A program made the translations under genes and the position numbers. Shown here one piece after another: positions 38,264-51,048 of a stretch of 64,000 bases of DNA; the stretch's first letter is position 1; each line of letters starts with the position of its first letter. The stretch is taken from assembly GCF_006345805.1 (NCBI RefSeq), contig NC_043004.1, positions 51,398,001-51,462,000 on the forward strand, written 5' to 3'. The notes beneath the pieces were generated by a model. That model was given only the letters and a program-made list of their open reading frames with translations, searched no databases and had not been told where the DNA came from. The DNA is from Octopus sinensis (Eukaryota).

Positions 38264-38337
38264 GCCCGGTTAGCTCAGTTGGTTAGAGCGTCGTGCTAAT
38301 AACGTGATGGTCGTGGGTTCGAACCCCATCTTGGCTG
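38264..38337 (+). pseudogene. tRNA-Ile pseudogene
   Basis: AAT anticodon loop retained, acceptor stem disrupted. Confidence 0.8.
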
Positions 38338-38397
38338 ATTTGTTTTGTTTCCACTTTTTTTCTTTTATATAAGTATCTGTTGTGAGTGTTGTTGTGA

Positions 38398-38708
38398 GGC
38401 GTTGTGAGTGTTTATTGAGCGAAAACACCTAAAAGCTCCACAAGGCTCCGGCAGGGGATGGTGGTCATCTCTGCTGTACTCTTTCACCACAACTTTCTCT
38501 CACTCTTACTTCCTATTTCTGTTGTACCTGTATTTCAAGGGGCCGGCTTTGTCACTCTCTGTGTCACGCTGAATATCCCCGAGAACTACGTTAAGGGTAC
38601 ACGTGTCTGTGGAGTGCTCAGCCACTTACACGTTAATTTCACGAGCAGGCAGTTCCGTTGATTCGGATCAACCGGAACCCTCGTCGTCGTAACCGACGGA
38701 GTGCTTCC
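38398..38708 (+). mobile_element. SINE family C, 5'-truncated
   Basis: Matches the reverse complement of 16377-16690. Confidence 0.85.
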
Positions 38709-39144
38709 AAGTATCTGTTCCTTTTGGGATCATATACGAAGAGTAAAATCAAAGCAGCCGCTCCATTCATAGATGTGAACATGTATGTACGAAAACCTCC
38801 ACTCCCTTCTTCCACTCCACATACAAGCACTAATTAATGCATATAAACACTGCACAATATGTCAAACCCCGTAACTGTCTTTCCTTCTCTTTCTCTTTTG
38901 CTCCTTCTCCTCTCTCGCTTTCTCTCAAGTGTAACAGATTTCTTTTCTAATCTAGGCACAAGGCCCGAAATTTTGGGGGGAGGGGGCCAGTCGTTTAGAT
39001 CGACCGCAGTATGCGACTGGTACTTAATTTATCGACCCCGAAATGATGAAAGGCAAAGTCCACCTCGGTGGAATTTGATCTCAGAGCATAAAGACATACG
39101 AAATACAGTCTAGATAATCCTTTCAGATATGGACATTCTCGTGT

Positions 39145-39218
39145 TGCTGGTTAGCGCAGTTGGTTAGGGCATCGTGTAACTAACGCGAATATCGTGTGTC
39201 CTAGCCCCATGTTTAACG
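39145..39218 (+). pseudogene. Highly decayed tRNA-Ile pseudogene
   Basis: ggttagcgcagttggttagggcatcgtg...taacgcgaatatcgtg. Confidence 0.7.
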
Positions 39219-40207
39219 AATGACTTTTTTTTTTAAATCCCCAGTTTTTATGTTTAAAGTACATAATTAGACGATACATTCCATTCTCTTGAGGTAGCTG
39301 ATGTCTCACCCTAATTATCATTAGCCACTATAGAGACTCAAACCCAGGACATTCACGTTAATCAATAGAGCCCAACGGGTAATTGAAAGAATCAGCCTCT
39401 CTGAATCAAACGGAAAAGTTCCATTGAATCTACTTTACAAACTTTTAGTTCAACAGCTCTCATCATTTTGGTAGATTTCCTGGGAATATGTGGTTAGATT
39501 CTTTCCTGTATGAAATCAGTTTTCCTTGTAAAAGCAGGCGAACAATGGTCGTTTCTTCGTTTTATTATTTCGGTCATTGGATTGAGACCATCCTGGGGTA
39601 TCAACTTGAAAACTTCTATACTAAATTATAGAATTATAATTTCAACTTCAGTCACGTCAGTTTCTCAGAATCTTAGAATTGGGAACCTTAAGATATCATG
39701 GTTACTATTGACCTTCCTCTGACTTACAATTCTAAATTATACACATTTATATATCAGAAATACTAAATTTCTAAATCTCTCGTAGAGACATGTACGGTGG
39801 TGGGGCGATAGAATGGTTGTATACTGTCAATCTAACACGAACGTGACAGTAGGGGGTACACCACCGCTGTTTAGCCCTAGGAAGCATCGACGCCTCCTGA
39901 CGGCTTTGACACATTTTTCCTGTGTCCTTATATACATTTACGAAGGGGAGACAAATACCCTCAGCCGCCCGGGCTGCATTTATATAATACACCATAAAGT
40001 GTTCCTATCTCTGTCTGTCTCTCTGTCGCTCCACTTTCTCTTTCCCTCGCTTTTTATTCCTCTTCCTATCTGCCTCTCCACACCTATTCGTCAGTTTCCT
40101 TCCTCCCTTAACTCTAATGTCAGACGAAATCTGACTACACAATCACGCTGTTCAAAGTCTAGATATATGTGTGAATGGAAGAATTTTTATCAGCGTTCGT
40201 CGCATTC

Positions 40208-40291
40208 GGTCGGTTAGCTCAGTTGGTTAGAGCGTCTCGGGTTAGAGCGTCTCGGGTTAGAGCGTCTCGGGTTCGAGCGCCATACTGATCG
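40208..40291 (+). pseudogene. tRNA-Ile pseudogene, anticodon arm replaced by a 3x15-bp repeat
   Basis: ggtcggttagctcagtt(ggttagagcgtctcg)x3 ggttcgagcgccatactgatc. Confidence 0.8.
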
Positions 40292-40626
40292 ATGAACTTC
40301 ATTCTTTTTTTTTTTTTTCTTTTAGATAAGTATCTAATATTTTTACGAATTCAAGTTGAGAAAGGCGCAGGCATGACTGTGTGGTAAGAAGTGTGGTTTT
40401 GGGTCCAATCCTACTGCGTGACACCTTGGACCAGTGTCTTCAACTATAACCCCGTGCCTACAAGAAACTTGTGAGTGGATGTAGTGCACGGAAACTGGAA
40501 GAAGCCCGTCATGTATGTATGAGTGTGTTGAGTAGATTCGATGTTTTCAACCACCATATATCGTTCTGGGGATTAGCCTATTGGTTCCCCATATGAGCAC
40601 CCTTCCAGATATATATGGGTTGCACA

Positions 40627-41045
40627 GGCAGCGAGCTGGCAGAAACGTTAGCACGCCGGGCGAAATGCGTAGCCGTATTTCGTCTGCCGTTACGTTCTCA
40701 GTTCAAATTCCGCCGAGGTCGACTTTGCCTTTCATCCTTTCGGGGTCGATAAATTAAGTACCATTTACGCACTGGGGTTTGATGCAATCGACTTAATCCC
40801 TTTGTCTGTCTTTGTTTGTCCCCTCTATGTTTAGCCTCTTTTGGGCAATAAAGAAAACGTTAGTACGCCGGGCGAAATGCTTAGCGGTATTTCGTCTGTC
40901 TTTACGTTCTGAGTTCAAATTCCACCGAGGTCGACTTCGCCTATCATCCTTTTGGGGTCGATAAATTAAGTACCAGTTGCATACTGGAGTCGATCTAATC
41001 GACTGGCCCCCTCCTCCAAAATTTCGGGCCTTGTACCTAAAGTAG
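40627..41045 (+). mobile_element. SINE family B dimer
   Basis: Two tandem family B units. Confidence 0.85.
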
Positions 41046-41495
41046 AAAAGTGTATATGGATTGCACACACGCAAATGTATTTATGTTTATACATGTATAC
41101 TTTATACTTTATAAGTCAAGTCTAGGGGTAACTATAGAAATATCTTATTTCTCATTCCCTTTGAAGTTAGTCTTATTCGTGATTTGGGCTTTAACTGCCC
41201 ACTCTAGCATGTAAGGTGTTCTGTTACAGTTACCTCTTTTGTGTATAAATTCTGGGGTCAGTTAGGTCGGGTTATTTCCCTCGGGCCACTTCTTTAGGTC
41301 TTACTGTCTAAAAACAGCCCAAGGTAAAATGATTCCCCTGTTCCCCTTCTTCCCCACAAGAACTGGTCCAAGGCAGATAACCCATCCTCACTGAGTCCCC
41401 GCCCCGGACTATCCACTCTTTAGTGACTTACTAACCAAATGACTGTAACGGATTCCTGCATCCCAGAGGTAAACGGTTACATTTGTCTTCGGCTT

Positions 41496-41559
41496 TAGAG
41501 TCTGAGGTGACGTTCACGGGACTAAGCTCTTTGTGGATGCGAAACCATTGGTCACTCTA
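41496..41559 (+). ncRNA. Hammerhead motif with variant core
   Basis: tagagt-CTGAGGT-gacgttcacggga...gtggatgc-GAAA-ccattgg-TC-actcta; three stems present, A9 deviates. Confidence 0.6.
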
Positions 41560-41583
41560 TAACCGGACATAGACTTAACTACT

Positions 41584-41656
<73 letters not shown>

Positions 41657-41659
41657 ATA

Positions 41660-42175
41660 GTTTATAATTTGGGTTCAGCAAAGATTTGCTTCACCACATA
41701 CCGCAGTTTAGAAATAACAGTCAAAAAACCTTAGCTATTCCTTCTACTTTAAAAGGGACTCCCAGAAAAACCAAAGTACTTGAAAACAATCTACGCAGGC
41801 AAAGAGGAAAAATAACGAAAATCAATCCATATTTGGTTACCCACGTACGCGCGTTTCGGAATTAGATCGGTATAAAGAATAAAGAATAAAGAATTATACT
41901 TTACCCAACCATTTTCAACTCATCAGTGTGGGATTCCAACAATATTAACTATCAAATATTAAATTCGAAGGCACTGGAATATATCTCTCCACCTAACGGT
42001 ATCAGACATCATATTCAGTGTTAGTGCCGCCATGCCTGCGTAGATTGTTTTCAAGTACTTTGGTTTTTCTGGGAGTCCCTTTTAAAGTAGAAGGAATAGC
42101 TAAGGTTTTTTTGAGTGCTATTTCTAAACTTCGGTATGTGGTAAAGCAAATCTTTGCTGAACCCTAATTATAAAG
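41660..42175. mobile_element. Penelope-like remnant with ~140-bp inverted repeats
   Basis: 41660-41801 is approximately the reverse complement of 42033-42175; a hammerhead lies between the arms. Confidence 0.7.
41840..41932 (-). ncRNA. Type I hammerhead ribozyme
   Basis: Minus strand: cccaca-CTGATGA-g...c-GAAA-cgcgcg-TA-cgtggg. Confidence 0.7.
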
Positions 42176-42623
42176 TATTACTTAAGCTTACCATGAAATG
42201 GTCTTTTTCATGCCGAATTCTACTTGGTGACATTACTGATTACTTCTTAATTAATTAATTTTACCCTTACCCAACAAAAACTCACTACTTGAATGGACCA
42301 TAAACAAAACTTGACTTAAATAGGATTCAAATAATCCTATCAGGTGGTGCTATTAAGTTAGACATGGCCTGGACCAATCTTTGGTCGAAACATATCTAAG
42401 TTTATCTAAGTTTATATATATATATTTCAGTGTATCTATGCCTGTGACAATCTTTCCTTCAATATCTTTCCTTCTCTATCTCTTTGCCTATCTGTCAATC
42501 TTTCTCTCTTTCTCCCCACCCCATCTCTCTCAAGTGTCACAGGGAACTTGGCTGCAAACACACGCAACTGTAATATATGCTGTCATGTCTATGTAATACT
42601 TGTTATACAAACCTTGTTGAAAT

Positions 42624-42677
42624 GGCCGGTTAGCTCAGTTGGTTAGAGCGTCGTGCTAATAACGCGAATACTGGCCA
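42624..42677 (+). pseudogene. tRNA-Ile with a precise 20-nt deletion of the variable loop and T arm
   Basis: Identical to the intact copies except for loss of gtcgtgggttcgagccccat. Confidence 0.88.
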
Positions 42678-43031
42678 ATGTCTTCACATACGATTTTCGT
42701 CTAAGACTTTCTTTTTATACTTCTTTAGCGTATTTCAATAATATGAATTTAATTTTTTCCAGACTCTTGTTTCTTTTGCTTGTTTGTTTTTTTTTTGCTT
42801 TTGCTTTTTTTTTTAGAAATATCGTCAAAGTGTGTAAAATATCGAGTGTCTCTTCACAAAACCTATGGCGAGTGTACAGCTAATCATTGAAGATGCAGTT
42901 AGGCCCACACATAGGCTCGTTATTTACTTACTATGTCGTGTATCGATCCTCGCACCAATATTTAAAATTGTGTTAATGAGACAACATAAATGCAAGTATA
43001 ACCGAGATGAGTATAATTTTTCACAGACTAC

Positions 43032-43199
43032 AGGCGAAGGCATGGGTGTGTAGTAAGAGGCTTGCTTCTCAATCACATGGTTCCGGGTTCAGTCCCACTG
43101 CGTGGCACCTTGGGTAAGTATCTTCTACTGTAGCCTCGGGCGGAGCAAAGCCTTGTGGGTAAACTTAGTCGACGGAAACTGAAAGAAGCCCGTCCTGTG

Positions 43200-43296
<97 letters not shown>

Positions 43297-43515
43297 TGTG
43301 TGTGTGTGCGGGTTCTCTGTGTCTGTGTTTGTCTCCTTCTACCGCTTGGCAACTAGTGTTGATGTGTTAATGTCCTCGTAACTCAGCGGTTCGGCCAGAG
43401 TCATCGATAGAATAAGTCCCAGACTTTAAAAAATACTGAGGCCGATTCATTCGACTAAAAATTTCTTCAAGGCGGTATCCCAGCTTGGCCGCAAGTCTAA
43501 TAACTGAAATAAATA
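43032..43515 (+). mobile_element. SINE family A, diverged
   Basis: Consensus head and expanded (TG)n. Confidence 0.8.
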
Positions 43516-44054
43516 AAATATAAAAAAAAGATATAAATCAATGCTAAATACACTCAGAAATTACCGTTAGATGTCAATAAATACAACTAATATCTATTAT
43601 TTCGTAACAAGACGAAAGCTATGATATAAGTTGGTAAAAACAACAGCAGACGAGGAAGGCATGCGCCATCTTTTTCGAGAAGCAGGCTGCATGAGATAAG
43701 ATTCTTCATCAGACAGGCCGCACTAGTCAAAATACAAAGTAACTTTCCATCTTGGTGTGCCTCTCAGAAAGTCTTGCAAGACAGTTTGCCTATGTAGAAT
43801 CCTCGGGGAAAGTGGAAATTGCATTGGTTTATTTATGAGAATTCTCGGTGGAAACTTTGTTACGTTTATGTATTTGTTTTGCAAGATTCTTGATGCGAAA
43901 TCCTGTATTGAAACAGATATTGTTATACTTGGGAATGGTCATACACTTGGGGAAGTTCATCTTTTATCAATTAAACACAAGCATTTTATACTCAATCTTT
44001 ACTTCAGCATTATATGTTGGTGTTATATATCAGCACTAAATGTTTTGTTATTTT

Positions 44055-44277
44055 TTTATTGCCCACAACGGGCTAACATAGAGGGGGCAAACAAGGACAG
44101 ACAAAGGTATTGAGTCGATTACATCGACCCCAGTGCGTAACTGGCACTTAATTCATCGACCCCGAAAGGATGAAAGGCAAAGTCAACCTCGGCGGAATTT
44201 GAACTCAGAACGTAACGGCTGAAGAATACCGCTAAGCATTTCGCCCGACGTGCTAACGTTTCTGCCAGCTCACCGCC
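44055..44277 (-). mobile_element. SINE family B
   Basis: Reverse-complement copy. Confidence 0.85.
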
Positions 44278-45022
44278 ATCAGCACTATATGTTTTGTCTT
44301 AGCTTCAGCTTTTTGTCTTTGCTTCAGCTTTATTATTATTATTTGTATTGTTTTGTCAAAGTCCTTTCGTCACACATCCTGTGACTTCTTCAGGGACTCT
44401 TTATCCCACGTTTCTCCTTTTGTCCAGCTTAGCCCAGAAAATGTACTAAGCAGAACAAGAGAAGACACATGGAATAAAGAGTCACCGAAGAGGTCACAGG
44501 ATGCGTGCCGAACGAGTTTTGACAAAGAAACAACAACAAAAAAATTAAGAAATAAAGCTGAAGAAAAGACCAACACGTGTGTTTGATTGGCAAAATATGA
44601 CCATCCCCATTATACCAGTATGTGGAAACTACATTGAGCCTTTATAATCTGGAATCTGGTACGCTAATCTTTATGATTGACGTCATAAACGCTGTCCTTC
44701 ACTATTTTATTAAAATAAAATAAAAGATACTCAGCAGTGTATCCCTTAATCTGTCTGGCTCTTCTTTATCTCTGCCTCTCTGTCTTTCTTTCTCTTTATC
44801 TCTGACCTCCATTACTTACTCTTTGTCTCTTTTCTCTCTCTATCTCTCTCCATCCACCCTCTTTCCCCTCTATCTCTCTTTCTTTCTCTCCCTCTCTCTC
44901 TCTCCCTCACTCTCACCCCTCCCCTCATCCACCAGCTGTCAAACAATACAAATTCTAAACACGTACAGCTGTAGCCTACGTAAATCGTCTGTTCATGCTT
45001 ATTTTTATCCGAATTCTACAGT

Positions 45023-45096
45023 GGCCGGTTAGCTCAGTTGGTTAGAGCGTCGTGCTAATAACGCGAATGTCGTGGGTTCGAGCCCCATACTGGCCA
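45023..45096 (+). tRNA. tRNA-Ile(AAT), intact
   Basis: Identical to 20456-20529; T-run downstream. Confidence 0.95.
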
Positions 45097-45656
45097 ACGT
45101 GTCTTTTTTTTTTCTCTTTTTTGTGTCTTTATATAAATGTCATTTTACTGTAAAGAAATTCAGTCCTCACGGCAACGCTTTTTTAAATGTCATTACACGA
45201 TATAAACTAGAAATATGACTGGAATATATTATTGACTAATAGAGGTTCCTGTTTTAAACTGCAGTACAACTGACAAGCATCAAAACCGAAACTGCTATTC
45301 AATAGTATCGATCTGTAAGGCAAAGCCAACCGCTTTTATATAATTCACCAATAAATCAATGAAATAATAAGCAATCATAGAACACATTTTTGTTTTTTTA
45401 CAAATAGACCGACCATCACTTTGCTTATATATGTCATTCCTCTTATCGTCACTCATGCTCTCTCAAGTAATTATTGAGTTCAAATTTTGGCACAAGGCCA
45501 GCAATTTCGACCCCAATGTTCAACTAGTACTTATTTTATCGATCCCGAAAAGCAAAGTCGACCTCAGCGGAATTTGAACTCAGAACGTAAAGGCATTTCT
45601 TTCAAGTAATTTATTAAAGACATTTTCTAGTGTCCTATTCTTCCGCTCCAATTGTA

Positions 45657-45873
45657 TACTCTTTTACTCTTTTACTTGTTTCAGTCATTTGACTGCGGCC
45701 ATCCTGGAGCACCGCCTTTAGTCGAGCAAATCAACCCCGAGACTTATTCTTTGTAAGCCCAGTACTTATTCTATCGGTCTCTTTTGCCGAACCGCTAGGT
45801 GACGGGGACGTAAACACACCAGCATCGGTTATCAAGCAATGCTAGGGGGAGAAACACAAACACACAAACACAT

Positions 45874-45904
<31 letters not shown>

Positions 45905-46075
45905 CATATATACGACGGGCTTCTTTCAGTTTCCGTCTACCAAATCCACTCACAAGGCATTGGTCGGCCCGGGGCTATAGCAGAAGATACTTGCCCAAGA
46001 TGCCACGCAGTGGGACTGAACCCGGAACCATGTGGTTGGTTAGTAAGCGACTTACCACACAGCCACTCCTGCGCC
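45657..46075 (-). mobile_element. SINE family A
   Basis: Full copy. Confidence 0.9.
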
Positions 46076-46966
46076 TGGTATCTTGGTATGAGACCAAAAA
46101 CACTCAGCGCGCGCGTGTGCGTGTGCATGAGAGTTCGCAAGATTGACAAAATTTCAGCTGTGGGTTCCAATACGAACGCAGAAGTCCTAATATAGGCATC
46201 AAATTCATATCGTAATAATTGCATTTTATCCTAATTACGCCAGTTATCACAGCATAGATCTATATTGATCTATGATCATTTTTCTAGAATACTAATCAGT
46301 AGGCGGCGAGCTAGTAGAATCGTTGCCACGCAGGGCAAAATGCTTAGCGACATTTTGTTCGTCCTTACGTTCTGAGTTCAAAACGTAAGGAGGTCGACTT
46401 TGCCTTTCATCCTGTCAGGGTCGATAAAATGTGTACCGGTTGATCACTGGTGGCTGAGATCATCGACTTACCACCTCCCACGAAATTGCTGGCCTTAGGT
46501 CTAAATTTGAAATCAATAATACTGATCAGTATATCTACTCAGTATTCTATCATAGAATTCAGCATTTCCTTGAAATATGCCATATCTAAATTTACTCTAA
46601 ATCGAAAACTGTGAGTAGGGCCCCGACATCAAAAGCAATTTCATATCAGTACAGCTTACACAGGCATATAACAGCAGGCCCGGGAGTACCTCCTGATAAA
46701 AGCGTCGCTCCAGGGCGGACTGCTATCCCTCGCCCCACTTATAACGTTACTATCCTTCCATGGAGGACATGTTGAAAGGATCTGCCATCGTGTCTCCTTC
46801 AAATATCCCCTCAAATACCCAGTGACCCCGACTCCATCCAGTATTCGTTTGTAATAAGTTTTGTTGAAATATTTCGTTTTATTAGAGTTCATCCGAATGT
46901 GGATTCCACAAGATAACATTTATCTTTCTTGGAGCCAGTGAAGCGCGCGCACAAACACGAAGACAT

Positions 46967-47037
<71 letters not shown>

Positions 47038-47329
47038 CATTGTAACTGTCTTTCTAGCTTCGTCAAATTTACATTGCTTGTCAATCTCCTCCGCTCCATC
47101 AGTGTCAGAACACCAGAAATGCTTAAATTCATGCAGTTGAATTAATTTAAAGTCGCTTTTAGACAAACAGACAGACAAGCAGAGAGCGACGAAAGAAAGA
47201 AAGAAAGTGTGAGAGAATAACATTTAGTTTATGAAAGAGGAGTTTCACTCCATGGACTACAATGATAAAGATATTCACCAACATCTTTGACATATTTCAT
47301 AAATTTTGAAATTAATATTTTCTCTCTTT

Positions 47330-47522
47330 CTCTCTTTTACTTGTTTTAGTCATTTGACTGCGGCCATACTGGAGCACCGCCTTTAGTCGAGCAAATCGAC
47401 CCCGGGACTTATTCTTTGTAAGCCCAGTACTTATTCTATCGGTCTCTTTTGCCGAACCGCTAAGTTACGGGGACGTAAACACACCAGCATCGGTTGTCAA
47501 GCAATGCTAGGGGGACAAACAC

Positions 47523-47559
<37 letters not shown>

Positions 47560-47730
47560 CATATATACGACAGGCTTCTTTCAGTATCCGTCAACCAAAT
47601 CCACTCACAAGGCATTGGTCGGTCCGGGACTATAGCAGAAGACACTTGCCCAAGATGCCATGCAGTGGGACTGAACCCAGAACCATGTGGTTGGTTAGCA
47701 AGCTACTTACCACACAGCCACTCTTGCGCC
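47330..47730 (-). mobile_element. SINE family A
   Basis: Full copy. Confidence 0.9.
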
Positions 47731-48209
47731 TATATTTTGCCTACTCTTTTTTTTTTGTCGATTTATAGACGCTGGTGTGTCTGGGTTTCTGAGTTTCGCC
47801 GCAACGGCAGGTTCGCTCGGATCGTTATAACATTGTGCTTAATAACGTGGATGCTGTGTCTTCACATCCCACGCTGATTAGTAACATTTTTGTTTTTAGA
47901 TAATACATGTACGGTTTTACTAAAACTGAAGTCAATCTGTGCACCAGTATCCTTATACGATGCCAATATACGACATAAATTAGGCACAACTGGAAAATTA
48001 TATTGCAGTCCCAGTATCCCAGAAGTCCCAAGTGCTGTTGGTGATTTTTCCCCTCTTCTTTGTACACTTTTTCAATTTACTTCCCGACGATGATCCTATG
48101 CTCGAAACGTCAAAAACTTTCTCTTCTTACCAAGCGTCACACTCATACATTCCATGAGTACGTCTTATTGTTATTTTTAATGTTTGTTTGTTTGATTTGA
48201 CTATCTATT

Positions 48210-49325
48210 CTTTTATTCTTTTACTTGCTTCAGTTATTTTATTGCGCCCATGCTGGAGCACCGCCATTAGTCGAACAAATAGACCCCAGGACTTATTCTT
48301 TGTAAGCCAAGTACTTTTCTATCGGTCTCTTTTGCCGAACCGTTAAGTTACAGGAACGTAAACACACCAACATCGGCTGTCAAGCTTTGGTGTAGGGGAC
48401 AAACACAGGCACACACACAAACACACACGCAAACACACACATATACATGTATATACGACGGGCTTCTTTCAGTTTCCGTCTACCAAAGCCACTCACAAGG
48501 CTTAGGTCGGTCCGAGGCTATATATATATATATATATATGTATGTAGCTGGCAGAAACGTTAACACGCCAGGCGAAATTCTTAGCGGTATTTTTTAATAG
48601 GCGCAGGAGTGGCTGTTTGGTAAGTAGCTTGCTAACCAACCACATGGTTCCGGGTTCAGTCCCACTGCGTGGCATCTTGGGCAAGTATCTTCTGCTATAG
48701 CCCCGGGCCGACCAATGCCTTGTGAGTGGATTTGGTAGACGGAAACTGAAAGAAGCCTGTCGTATATATGTATATATATATAAGTGTGTGTGAATATGTT
48801 TGTGTGTCTGTGTTTGTTCCCCTAGCATTGCTTGACAACTGATGCTGGTGTGTTTACGTCCCCGTCACTTAGCGGTTCGGCAAAAGAGACCGATAGAATA
48901 AGTACTGGGCTTACAAAGAATAAGTCCCGGGGTCGAGTTGCTCGACTAAAGGCGGTGCTCCAGCATGGCCGCAGTCAAATGACTGAAACAAGTAAAAAGA
49001 GTAAAAAGAGTAAAAAAAAGAGAAAAAGAGAGTAATATATATATATATATCACTGTGACCGACCAAGCTATCAGATGTTGCTACACATCGCTGGTCACAA
49101 TGCACTTCGCATTGGTTTAGCCTTCAAATGACACCACCCCGCTGGCTAAGCGAGCAGGGCAACATAAGAATGGGTGAGAGAAAGTTGTGGCGAAAGAGTA
49201 CAGCAGGGTTTGCCACCACCCCCTACTGGAGCCTCGTGGAGCTTTAGGTGTTTTCGCTCAATAAACACTCACTCGGTTTTGGAGTCGAAACCGCCATCCT
49301 ACAACCACGAGTTCCTAACCACTGG
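48210..49325. mobile_element. Stack of SINEs (A minus 48210-48520, A plus 48600-49033, C minus 49050-49325)
   Basis: Family consensus segments in alternating orientation. Confidence 0.8.
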
Positions 49326-49619
49326 GCCTATGTATGTATGTATGTATGTACGTATGTATACATGTATATATATACCTGTATTTATATATATATTATAAAT
49401 ATATATAGGTATATATATGTCTCTGTGTGTGTACGTGCATACATACTTACGTACATACATAACATACATATATACATACATGACATAACATACATACATG
49501 CATACATGCATAAATACATACATACAAACAAAATGCTTGACACTCACACTCAGCAAGTGGCAATGTAAAACATCTGACACAGAAGTTCGTGCAAAGGCAA
49601 CTGAGCACAAACCGCCAGC

Positions 49620-50165
49620 CACTAATCATATGTATTCAGATGCCTTGTGCGTAAGGAAGATCACGGTATTCCAAAGCAGCTGTTCCTTGACGAGCTGTGC
49701 ATTGGAAAGCGTCCTCAGCACAAAACACGAGAAAGATTACAAAGACTGCATAAAAGGCAACCAAGGAATTGCAAATCAATGTTAAGAACTGGGAAGAGCT
49801 AGCTTTGGAGAGATCTGAGTGGAGGAAACGTATAAGGGAAGATTATAAAGCTTTTGGAGAGGGTCGCCTTGGCTTCGGAAAGGCTGTCATCAGAACCTCA
49901 ATAAAAATAGAAAATGCTGGAAGAGTGATACGTATGGCCGTGTATTCCTCTCTAAGATTGGGTATGTCAACCATTCGAAGTCCCATGTTAGATCAACTGT
50001 ATGTAACATTCTTCCACAGAGACCAGGTGATTCAACAAGAGCATACCACTTATGCTTCAAACCATACGGATCTGCAACAGGACTGAATAGTGATCTGAGA
50101 AGTTATGGACGAGAAGTCAAAACTGCCATAGACAACGAAGCGGCTCAGAGTGACGGCAAATCATC
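49620..50165 (+). mobile_element. Decayed RTE (BovB-like) LINE 3' end
   Basis: IPKQLFLDELCIGKRPQ, KDCIK and NWEELALERSEWRKRI motifs. Confidence 0.75.
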
Positions 50166-50381
50166 TGTGAAAATGGAGCAATAACCAACTGTATACTTAA
50201 ATTACTCAATGTGTCTATCTATGACCGTAACTCTCTTTCTCACTTTCACTCGCTCTCTCTCCCCCCTCCCCCTCTCTCTCTCTTTCTATCTCAAGTGTCA
50301 CAAGAAGATGGACTATGAACACACACACACAACTGTAATCTATACTATTGTATCTACATAACAGTTCTTTAAATTTTATGT

Positions 50382-50455
50382 GGCCGGTTAGCTCAGTTGG
50401 TTAGAGCGTCGTGCTAATAACGCGAATGTCGTGGGTTCGAGCCCCATACTGGCCA
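50382..50455 (+). tRNA. tRNA-Ile(AAT), intact
   Basis: Identical to the other intact copies; TTTTT immediately downstream. Confidence 0.95.
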
Positions 50456-51048
50456 TCTTTTTAAAGTAAGTTCATATTCACCAATGTCTTTGGCATACCT
50501 TATTAATTTGAAACTAGCTTTCTTTTTTACGTACCTTTCTTCGATATGTATATCATCACAAACCATATGGTCGTTACGATGCACTCCTGACGACCATAAG
50601 GTCTCTGATGAGATTCATATTGAAGAAAGGTACATGTGCACATAGACTTGGTACTTGTACGATGCTTTGTACCTGATTGTTTGATCAAACTTTTTCAATT
50701 TTTTTAGTGAGATAAAAGAAATGCAGGTCTAATTGGTACAGAATCAGTGCGAATCCATCCATGTTTTGTAAGGAACTTCTTGCGGTATACTTACAAAAAA
50801 AAAAGCGTCGTTTATTAGTCGACAAATACAACAAACATCTATTAACCCGAGATAAACTGAGACCTAAAATAAGTTGTTAAAAACAGCAGCAAAGATGGAA
50901 GTTGATTAAATTTTATTGGAAATTCTCTGGGAAATTGGAAACTACATTGATGCATCGAAATCAAGGTAGAAACTGCTTTGTTCCTAAATTATCCGGGACG
51001 CTATTCCACATAATTGGCCTCAAAAGCGCTGTCGTTTCATTATTTCAC

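Noticed and set aside
48080-48115. CCGACGA...GAAACGTC hammerhead-like motif
   Set aside because: Mutated core and weak stems
50585-50650. Two CTGANGA words followed by GAAA
   Set aside because: Stems I and III are not in register with a valid NUH site
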